Source of the DNA: Eledone cirrhosa
Taxonomy: Eukaryota
DNA length: 64,000 nucleotides
Direction: 5' to 3'
Assembly (NCBI GenBank): GCA_964016885.1
Contig: OZ024743.1
Span: 251,224,001 to 251,288,000 of the forward strand
The position numbers and the translations under genes are program-made. This document shows positions 53,441-64,000 of the stretch, piece by piece. Within the stretch, counting starts at the first letter, position 1. Every line of letters begins with the position of its first letter. The notes below the pieces were generated by a model that saw only the letters and a program-made list of their open reading frames with translations, was not told where the DNA came from and did no database searches.

Positions 53441-56400
53441 ATGGTACTAGTTATGTTGGTGATGTTGATGTTGCTGTTGTGGTTTGATGGAACTAGTGAT
53501 GTTGGTGATGTTGATGTTGTGGTTTGATGGAACTAGTGATGTTGGTGATGTTGATGTTGCTGATGTGGTTTGATGGCACTAGTGATGTTGATGTTGTTGC
53601 TGATGTGGTTTGATGGAACTAGTGATGTTGGTGATGTTGGTGATGTTGCTGATGTGGTTTGATGGAACTAGTGATGTTGATGATGTTGATGTTGCTGTTG
53701 TGGTTTGATGGAACTAGTGATGTTGGTGATGTTGATGTTGCTGTTGTGGTTTGATGGAACTAGTGATGTTGATGTTGTTGCTGATGTGGTTTGATGGAAC
53801 TAGTGATGTTGGTGATGTTGGTGATGTTGCTGATGTGGTTTGATGGAACTAGTGATGTTGATGATGTTGATGTTGCTGTTGTGGTTTGATGGAACTAGTG
53901 ATGTTGGTGATGTTGATGTTGCTGATGTGGTTTGATGGAACTAGTGATGTTGGTGATGTTGATGTTGCTGTTGTGGTTTGATGGAACTAGTGATGTTGGT
54001 GATGTTGATGTTGTGGTTTGATGGCACTAGTGATGTTGGTGATGTTGATGTTGCTGATGTGGTTTGATGGCACTAGTGATGTTGGTGATGTTGATGTTGC
54101 TGTTGTGGTTTGATGGAACTAGTGATATTGGTGATGTTGATGTTGCTGTTGTGGTTTGATGGAACTAGTGATGTTGGTGATGTTGATGTTGTGGTTTGAT
54201 GGCACTAGTGATGTTGGTGATGTTGATGTTGCTGATGTGGTTTGATGGCACTAGTGATGTTGGTGATGTTGATGTTGCTGTTGTGGTTTGATGGAACTAG
54301 TGATATTGGTGATGTTGATGTTGCTGTTGTGGTTTGATGGAACTAGTGATGTTGGTGATGTTGATGTTGTGGTTTGATGGCACTAGTGATGTTGGTGATG
54401 TTGATGTTGCTGATGTGGTTTGATGGAACTAGTGATGTTGTTGATGTTGATGTTGTGGTTTGATGGCACTAGTGATGTTGGTGATGTTGATGTTGCTGAT
54501 GTGGTTTGATGGCACTAGTGATGTTGGTGATGTTGATGTTGCTGATGTGGTTTGATGGAACTAGTGATGTTGGTGATGTTGCTGATGTGGTTTGATGGAA
54601 CTAGTGATGTTGGTGATGTTGATGTTGATGTTGTGGTTTGATGGAACTAGTGATGTTGTTGATGTTGATGTTGTGGTTTGATGGAACTAGTGATGTTGGT
54701 GATGTTGATGTTGCTGGTGTGGTTTGATGGAACTAGTGATGTTGTTGATGTTGATGTTGCTGATGTGGTTTGATGGAACTAGTGATGTTGGTGATGTTGC
54801 TGATGTGGTTTGATGGAACTAGTGATGTTGATGATGTTGATGTTGTGGTTTGATGGCACTAGTGATGTTAGTGATGTTGATGTTGCTGGTGTGGTTTGAT
54901 GGAACTAGTGATGTTGTTGATGTTGATGTTGCTGATGTGGTTTGATGGAACTAGTGATGTTGGTGATGTTGATGTTGCTGATGTGGTTTGATGGAACTAG
55001 TGATGTTGATGATGTTGATGTTGCTGATGTGGTTTGATGGAACTAGTGATGTTGATGATGTTGATGTTGATGTTGTGGTTTGATGGAACTAGTGATGTTG
55101 CTGATGTGGTTTGATGGAACTAGTGATGTTGATGATGTTGATGTTGTGGTTTGATGGCACTAGTGATGTTGGTGATGTTGATGTTGCTGGTGTGGTTTGA
55201 TGGAACTAGTGATGTTGTTGATGTTGATGTTGTGGTTTGATGGAACTAGTGATGTTGATGATGTTGATGTTGCTGATGTGGTTTGATGGAACTAGTGATG
55301 TTGATGATGTTGATGTTGATGTTGTGGTTTGATGGAACTAGTGATGTTGGTGATGTTGATGTTGCTGGTGTGGTTTGATGGTACTAGTGATGTTGTTGAT
55401 GTTGATGTTGTGGTTTGATGGAACTAGTGATGTTGATGATGTTGATGTTGCTGATGTGGTTTGATGGCACTAGTGATGTTGGTGATGTTGATGTTGCTGT
55501 TGTGGTTTGATGGAACTAGTGATATTGGTGATGTTGATGTTGCTGTTGTGGTTTGATGGAACTAGTGATGTTGGTGATGTTGATGTTGTGGTTTGATGGC
55601 ACTAGTGATGTTGGTGATGTTGATGTTGCTGATGTGGTTTGATGGCACTAGTGATGTTGGTGATGTTGATGTTGCTGTTGTGGTTTGATGGAACTAGTGA
55701 TATTGGTGATGTTGATGTTGCTGATGTGGTTTGATGGAACTAGTGATGTTGGTGATGTTGATGTTGCTGTTGTGGTTTGATGGAACTAGTGATGTTGGTG
55801 ATGTTGATGTTGTGGTTTGATGGCACTAGTGATGTTGGTGATGTTGATGTTGCTGATGTGGTTTGATGGAACTAGTGATGTTGTTGATGTTGATGTTGTG
55901 GTTTGATGGCACTAGTGATGTTGGTGATGTTGATGTTGCTGATGTGGTTTGATGGCACTAGTGATGTTGGTGATGTTGATGTTGCTGATGTGGTTTGATG
56001 GAACTAGTGATGTTGGTGATGTTGCTGATGTGGTTTGATGGAACTAGTGATGTTGGTGATGTTGATGTTGATGTTGTGGTTTGATGGAACTAGTGATGTT
56101 GTTGATGTTGATGTTGTGGTTTGATGGAACTAGTGATGTTGGTGATGTTGATGTTGCTGGTGTGGTTTGATGGAACTAGTGATGTTGTTGATGTTGATGT
56201 TGCTGATGTGGTTTGATGGAACTAGTGATGTTGGTGATGTTGCTGATGTGGTTTGATGGAACTAGTGATGTTGATGATGTTGATGTTGTGGTTTGATGGC
56301 ACTAGTGATGTTAGTGATGTTGATGTTGCTGGTGTGGTTTGATGGAACTAGTGATGTTGTTGATGTTGATGTTGCTGATGTGGTTTGATGGAACTAGTGA

Positions 56401-59400
56401 TGTTGGTGATGTTGATGTTGCTGATGTGGTTTGATGGAACTAGTGATGTTGATGATGTTGATGTTGCTGATGTGGTTTGATGGAACTAGTGATGTTGATG
56501 ATGTTGATGTTGATGTTGTGGTTTGATGGAACTAGTGATGTTGCTGATGTGGTTTGATGGAACTAGTGATGTTGATGATGTTGATGTTGTGGTTTGATGG
56601 CACTAGTGATGTTGGTGATGTTGATGTTGCTGGTGTGGTTTGATGGAACTAGTGATGTTGTTGATGTTGATGTTGTGGTTTGATGGAACTAGTGATGTTG
56701 ATGATGTTGATGTTGCTGATGTGGTTTGATGGAACTAGTGATGTTGATGATGTTGATGTTGATGTTGTGGTTTGATGGAACTAGTGATGTTGGTGATGTT
56801 GATGTTGCTGGTGTGGTTTGATGGTACTAGTGATGTTGTTGATGTTGATGTTGTGGTTTGATGGAACTAGTGATGTTGATGATGTTGATGTTGCTGATGT
56901 GGTTTGATGGAACTAGTGATGTTGGTGATGTTGATGTTGATGTTGTGGTTTGATGGAACTAGTGATGTTGGTGATGTTGATGTTGCTGGTGTGGTTTGAT
57001 GGTACTAGTGATGTTGTTGATGTTGATGTTGTGGTTTGATGGAACTAGTGATGTTGTTGATGTTGATGTTGTGGTTTGATGGAACTAGTGATGTTATTGA
57101 TGTTGCTGATGTGGTTTGATGGCACTAGTGATGTTGATGATGTTGATGTTGATGTTGTGGTTTGATGGCACTAGTGATGTTGTTGATGTTGATGTTGTGG
57201 TTTGATGGAACTAGTGATGTTGTTGATGTTGATGTTGTGGTTTGATGGAACTAGTGATGTTATTGATGTTGCTGATGTGGTTTGATGGAACTAGTGATGT
57301 TGATGATGTTGATGTTGATGTTGTGGTTTGATGGCACTAGTGATGTTGGTGATGTTGATGTTGCTGGTGTGGTTTGATGGAACTAGTGATGTTGTTGATG
57401 TTGATGTTGATGTTGTGGTTTGATGGCACTAGTGATGTTGTTGATGTTGATGTTGTGGTTTGATGGAACTAGTGATGTTATTGATGTTGCTGATGTGGTT
57501 TGATGGCACTAGTGATGTTGATGATGTTGATGTTGCTGATGTGGTTTGATGGAACTAGTGATCTTGATGATGTTGATGTTGATGTTGTGGTTTGATGGAA
57601 CTAGTGATGTTGGTGATGTTGCTGATGTGGTTTGATGGAACTAGTGATGTTGATGATGTTGATGTTGTGGTTTGATGGCACTAGTGATGTTGGTGATGTT
57701 GATGTTGCTGGTGTGGTTTGATGGAACTAGTGATGTTGTTGATGTTGATGTTGTGGTTTGATGGCACTAGTGATGTTGGTGATGTTGATGTTGCTGGTGT
57801 GGTTTGATGGAACTAGTGATGTTGTTGATGTTGATGTTGCTGATGTGGTTTGATGGAACTAGTGATGTTGATGATGTTGATGTTGCTGATGTGGTTTGAT
57901 GGAACTAGTGATGTTGATGATGTTGATGTTGCTGATGTGGTTTGATGGAACTAGTGATGTTGATGATGTTGATGTTGATGTTGTGGTTTGATGGAACTAG
58001 TGATGTTGGTGATGTTGCTGATGTGGTTTGATGGAACTAGTGATGTTGATGATGTTGATGTTGTGGTTTGATGGACACTAGTGATGTTGGTGATGTTGAT
58101 GTTGCTGGTGTGGTTTGATGGAACTAGTGATGTTGTTGATGTTGATGTTGTGGTTTGATGGAACTAGTGATGTTGATGATGTTGATGTTGCTGATGTGGT
58201 TTGATGGAACTAGTGATGTTGATGATGTTGATGTTGATGTTGTGGTTTGATGGAACTAGTGATGTTGGTGATGTTGATGTTGCTGGTGTGGTTTGATGGT
58301 ACTAGTGATGTTGTTGATGTTGATGTTGTGGTTTGATGGAACTAGTGATGTTGATGATGTTGATGTTGCTGATGTGGTTTGATGGAACTAGTGATGTTGG
58401 TGATGTTGATGTTGATGTTGTGGTTTGATGGAACTAGTGATGTTGGTGATGTTGATGTTGCTGATGTGGTTTGATGGAACTAGTGATGTTGGTGATGTTG
58501 ATGTTGCTGTTGTGGTTTGATGGAACTAGTGATGTTGGTGATGTTGATGTTGCTGTTGTGGTTTGATGGTACTAGTGATGTTGTTGATGTTGATGTTGTG
58601 GTTTGATGGAACTAGTGATGTTGTTGATGTTGATGTTGTGGTTTGATGGAACTAGTGATGTTGGTGATGTTGATGTTGCTGGTGTGGTTTGATGGCACTA
58701 GTGATGTTGGTGATGTTGATGTTGCTGTTGTGGTTTGATGGAACTAGTGATGTTGGTGATGTTGATGTTGCTGATGTGGTTTGATGGAACTAGTGATGTT
58801 GGTGATGTTGATGTTGCTGATGTGGTTTGATGGAACTAGTGATGTTGATGATGTTGATGTTGCTGTTGTGGTTTGATGGAACTAGTGATGTTGATGATGT
58901 TGATGTTGATGATGTGGTTTGATGGAACTAGTGATGTTGGTGATGTTGATGTTGCTGATGTGGTTTGATGGAACTAGTGATGTTGGTGATGTTGATGTTG
59001 CTGATGTGGTTTGATGGAACTAGTGATGTTGATGATGTTGATGTTGCTGATGTGGTTTGATGGAACTAGTGATGTTGATGATGTTGATGTTGATGTTGTG
59101 GTTTGATGGAACTAGTGATGTTGATGAGTTGATGTTGATGTTGTGGTTTGATGGAACTAGTGATGTTGGTGATGTTGATGTTGTGATGTGGTTTGATGGA
59201 ACTAGTGATGTTGGTGATGTTGATGTTGCTGATGTGGTTTGATGGAACTAGTGATGTTGATGATGTTGATGTTGTGATGTGGTTTGATGGAACTAGTGAT
59301 GTTGATGATGTGATGTTGATGTTGTGGTTTGATGGAACTAGTGATGTTGATGATGTTGATGTGATGTTGTGGTTTGATGGAACTAGTGATGTTGGTGATG

Positions 59401-62400
59401 TTGATGTTGCTGATGTGGTTTGATGGAACTAGTGATGTTGATGATGTTGATGTTGATGTTGTGGTTTGATGGAACTAGTGATGTTGATGATGTTGATGTT
59501 GCTGATGTGGTTTGATGGAACTAGTGATGTTGTTGATGTTGATGTTGTGGTTTGATGGAACTAGTGATGTTGTTGATGTTGATGTTGTGGTTTGATGGAA
59601 CTAGTGATGTTGATGATGTTGATGTTGATGTTGTGGTTTGATGGAACTAGTGATGTTGGTGATGTTGATGTTGCTGTTGTGGTTTGATGGAACTAGTGAT
59701 GTTGATGATGTTGATGTTGATGTTGTGGTTTGATGGAACTAGTGATGTTGGTGATGTTGATGTTGATGTTGTGGTTTGATGGAACTAGTGATGTTGATGA
59801 TGTTGATGTTGATGTTGTGGTTTGATGGAACTAGTGATGTTGGTGATGTTGATGTTGCTGATGTGGTTTGATGGCACTAGTGATGTTGATGATGTTGATG
59901 TTGCTGATGTGGTTTGATGGAACTAGTGATGTTGATGATGTTGATGTTGCTGATGTGGTTTGATGGAACTAGTGATGTTGATGATGTTGATGTTGCTGAT
60001 GTGGTTTGATGGAACTAGTGATGTTGATGATGTTGATGTTGATGTTGTGGTTTGATGGAACTAGTGATGTTGGTGATGTTGATGTTGCTGATGTGGTTTG
60101 ATGGCACTAGTGATGTTGGTGATGTTGATGTTGCTGTTGTGGTTTGATGGAACTAGTGATATTGGTGATGTTGATGTTGCTGTTGTGGTTTGATGGAACT
60201 AGTGATGTTGTTGATGTTGCTGATGTGGTTTGATGGAACTAGTGATGTTGTTGATGTTGATGTTGTGGTTTGATGGCACTAGTGATGTTGGTGATGTTGC
60301 TGATGTGGTTTGATGGAACTAGTGATGTTGGTGATGTTGCTGATGTGGTTTGATGGAACTAGTGATGTTGGTGATGTTGATGTTGCTGTTGTGGTTTGAT
60401 GGAACTAGTGATGTTGATGATGTTGATGTTGCTGATGTGGTTTGATGGAACTAGTGATGTTGGTGATGTTGATGTTGCTGATGTGGTTTGATGGAACTAG
60501 TGATGTTGGTGATGTTGCTGATGTGGTTTGATGGAACTAATGATGTTGGTGATGTTGATGTTGCTGATGTGGTTTGATGGAACTAGTGATGTTGGTGATG
60601 TTGATGTTGCTGATGTGGTTTGATGGAACTAGTGATGTTGGTGATGTTGATGTTGCTGATGTGGTTTGATGGAACTAGTGATGTTGGTGATGTTGATGTT
60701 GCTGATGTGGTTTGATGGAACTAGTGATGTTGATGATGTTGATGTTGCTGATGTGGTTTGATGGAACTAGTGATGTTGATGATGTTGATGTTGATGTTGT
60801 GGTTTGATGGAACTAGTGATGTTGGTGATGTTGATGTTGTGGTTTGATGGCACTAGTGATGTTGGTGATGTTGATGTTGCTGATGTGGTTTGATGGAACT
60901 AGTGATGTTGGTGATGTTGATGTTGTGGTTTGATGGCACTAGTGATGTTGGTGATGTTGATGTTGCTGTTGTGGTTTGATGGAACTAGTGATGTTGATGA
61001 TGTTGATGTTGCTGATGTGGTTTGATGGAACTAGTGATGTTGGTGATGTTGATGTTGCTGATGTGGTTTGATGGAACTAGTGATGTTGGTGATGTTGATG
61101 TTGCTGATGTGGTTTGATGGAACTAGTGATGTTGGTGATGTTGATGTTGCTGTTGTGGTTTGATGGAACTAGTGATGTTGATGATGTTGATGTTGCTGTT
61201 GTGGTTTGATGGAACTAGTGATGTTGGTGATGTTGCTGATGTGGTTTGATGGAACTAGTGATGTTGATGATGTTGATGTTGCTGTTGTGGTTTGATGGAA
61301 CTAGTGATGTTGGTGATGTTGCTGTTGTGGTTTGATGGAACTAGTGATGTTGATGATGTTGCTGTTGTGGTTTGATGGAACTAGTGATGTTGATGATGTT
61401 GATGTTGCTGTTGTGGTTTGATGGAACTAGTGATGTTGATGATGTTGATGTTGATGTTGTGGTTTGATGGAACTAGTGATGTTGGTGATGTTGATGTTGC
61501 TGATGTGGTTTGATGGAACTAGTGATGATGGTGATGTTGATGTTGCTGTTGTGGTTTGATGGAACTAGTGATGTTGGTGATGTTGATGTTGCTGATGTGG
61601 TTTGATGGCACTAGTGATGTTGTTGATGTTGATGTTGCTGATGATAGTGATGGCACTAGTGATGTTGGTGATGTTGATGTTGCTGTTGTGGTTTGATGGA
61701 ACTAGTGATGTTGGTGATGTTGATGTTGCTGTTGTGGTTTGATGGAACTAGTGATGTTGATGATGTTGATGTTGCTGATGATAGTGATGGCACTAGTGAT
61801 GTTGGTGATGTTGATGTTGCTGTTGTGGTTTGATGGAACTAGTGATGTTGGTGATGTTGATGTTGTGGTTTGATGGAACTAGTGATGTTGGTGATGTTGA
61901 TGTTGTGGTTTGATGGAACTAGTGATGTTGGTGATGTTGATGTTGCTGATGTGGTTTGATGGAACTAGTGATGTTGGTGATGTTGATGTTGCTGTTGTGG
62001 TTTGATGGAACTAGTGATGTTGGTGATGTTGATGTTGCTGTTGTGGTTTGATGGAACTAGTGATGTTGATGATGTTGATGTTGATGTTGTGGTTTGATGG
62101 CACTAGTGATGTTGGTGATGTTGATGTTGCTGATGTGGTTTGATGGAACTAGTTATGTTGGTGATGTTGATGTTGCTGTTGTGGTTTGATGGAACTAGTG
62201 ATGTTGGTGATGTTGATGTTGCTGATGTGGTTTGATGGCACTAGTGATGTTGTTGATGTTGATGTTGCTGATGATAGTGATGGCACTAGTGATGTTGGTG
62301 ATGTTGATGTTGCTGTTGTGGTTTGATGGAACTAGTGATGTTGGTGATGTTGATGTTGCTGTTGTGGTTTGATGGAACTAGTGATGTTGATGATGTTGAT

Positions 62401-64000
62401 GTTGCTGATGATAGTGATGGCACTAGTGATGTTGGTGATGTTGATGTTGCTGTTGTGGTTTGATGGAACTAGTGATGTTGGTGATGTTGATGTTGTGGTT
62501 TGATGGAACTAGTGATGTTGGTGATGTTGATGTTGTGGTTTGATGGAACTAGTGATGTTGGTGATGTTGATGTTGCTGATGTGGTTTGATGGCACTAGTG
62601 ATGTTGTTGATGTTGATGTTGCTGATATGGTTTGATGGAACTAGTGATGTTGGTGATGTTGCTGATGTGGTTTGATGGAACTAGTGATGTTGTTGATGTT
62701 GATGTTGCTGATGTGGTTTGATGGAACTAGTGATGTTGGTGATGTTGATGTTGTGGTTTGATGGAACTAGTGATGTTGGTGATGTTGATGTTGTTGATGT
62801 GGTTTGATGGCACTAGTGATGTTGTTGATGTTGATGTTGTTGATGTGGTTTGATGGCACTAGTGATGTTGGTGATGTTGATGTTGTTGATGTGGTTTGAT
62901 GGCACTAGTGATGTTGTTGATGTTGCTGTTGTGGTTTGATGGAACTAGTGATGTTGGTGATGTTGATGTTGCTGATGTGGTTTGATGGAACTAGTGATGT
63001 TGGTGATGTTGATGTTGTGGTTTGATGGAACTAGTGATGTTGGTGATGATGATGTTGTTGATGTGGTTTGATGGCACTAGTGATGTTGTTGATGTTGCTG
63101 TTGTGGTTTGATGGAACTAGTGATGTTGGTGATGTTGATGTTGCTGATGTGGTTTGATGGAACTAGTGATGTTGGTGATGTTGATGTTGTGGTTTGATGG
63201 AACTAGTGATGTTGGTGATGTTGATGTTGTTGATGTGGTTTGGTGGCACTAGTGATGTTGTTGATGTTGCTGTTGTGGTTTGATGGAACTAGTGATGTTG
63301 GTGATGTTGATGTTGCTGATGTGGTTTGATGGAACTAGTGATGTTGGTGATGTTGATGTTGTGGTTTGATGGAACTAGTGATGTTGGTGATGTTGATGTT
63401 GTTGATGTGGTTTGATGGCACTAGTGATGTTGTTGATGTTGATGTTGCTGATGTGGTTTGATGGAACTAGTGATGTTGGTGATGTTGATGTTGCTGATGT
63501 GGTTTGATGGAACTAGTGATGTTGGTGATGTTGATGTTGTTGATGTGGTTTGATGGCACTAGTGATGTTGTTGATGTTGATGTTGCTGTTGTGGTTTGAT
63601 GGCACTAGTGATGTTGGTGATGTTGCTGATGTGGTTTGATGGAACTAGTGATGTTGGTGATGTTGATGTTGTTGATGTGGTTTGATGGCACTAGTGATGT
63701 TGTTGATGTTGATGTTGCTGTTGTGGTTTGATGGCACTAGTGATGTTGATGATGTTGATGTTGTGGTTCGATGGCACTAGTGATGTTGGTGATGTTGATG
63801 TTGCTGATGTGGTTTGATGGAACTAGTGATGTTGATGATGTTGATGTTGCTGATGTGGTTTGATGGAACTAGTGATGTTGGTGATGTTGCTGATGTGGTT
63901 TGATGGCACTAGTGATGTTGTTGATGTTGCTGATGTGGTTTGATGGCACTAGTGATGTTGATGATGTTGATGTTGTGGTTCGATGGCACTAGTGATGTTG
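53441..64000. repeat. >10.5-kb GT-rich minisatellite, core GTGGTTTGATGG(A/C)ACTAGTGATGTTG, units mostly 40/46 bp; runs off the window
   Basis: Direct; ACTAGT in nearly every unit. Confidence 0.97.

Noticed and set aside
53441-64000. CRISPR-like appearance (constant repeat plus variable spacer)
   Set aside because: The spacers are only GAT/GTT/GCT triplet variants rather than unique sequences; eukaryotic context; no cas genes

Overview
AT-rich, repeat-saturated animal DNA. The SINE/LINE repertoire and the (TA)n/(CA)n density look cephalopod (Octopus-like), which is an inference. I can support no host protein-coding gene. The window holds two near-complete RTE-clade LINE copies (28.1-31.4 kb, disrupted; 49.7-52.6 kb, 5'-truncated with an open RT ORF), fragments of a second RTE family and of L1/Tx1-like LINEs, many tRNA-derived SINEs, a few MITE/Helitron remnants and four large GT-rich minisatellites. 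The main signal is a dense set of non-coding elements, mostly bounded by (TA)n, that carry type I hammerhead ribozyme (HHR) motifs: stem I-CUGANGA-stem II-GAAA-short palindromic stem III-NUH-stem I'. They include a ~14.8-copy, almost invariant 310-bp tandem array with 16 HHRs (15 on +, 1 on -), a related 315-bp dimer, a 469-bp repeat with 3 HHRs, and several solo or degenerate families. Most of these insertions share one architecture: a minus-oriented arm followed by a plus-oriented arm, with 3' ends pointing outward. Some inversion centres lie in the ribozyme's stem II. This reads as a multi-family, (TA)n-targeting, non-autonomous retrozyme/Penelope-type system. Ribozyme folds were read by eye; activity, circular RNA and the mobilising enzyme are untested inferences.
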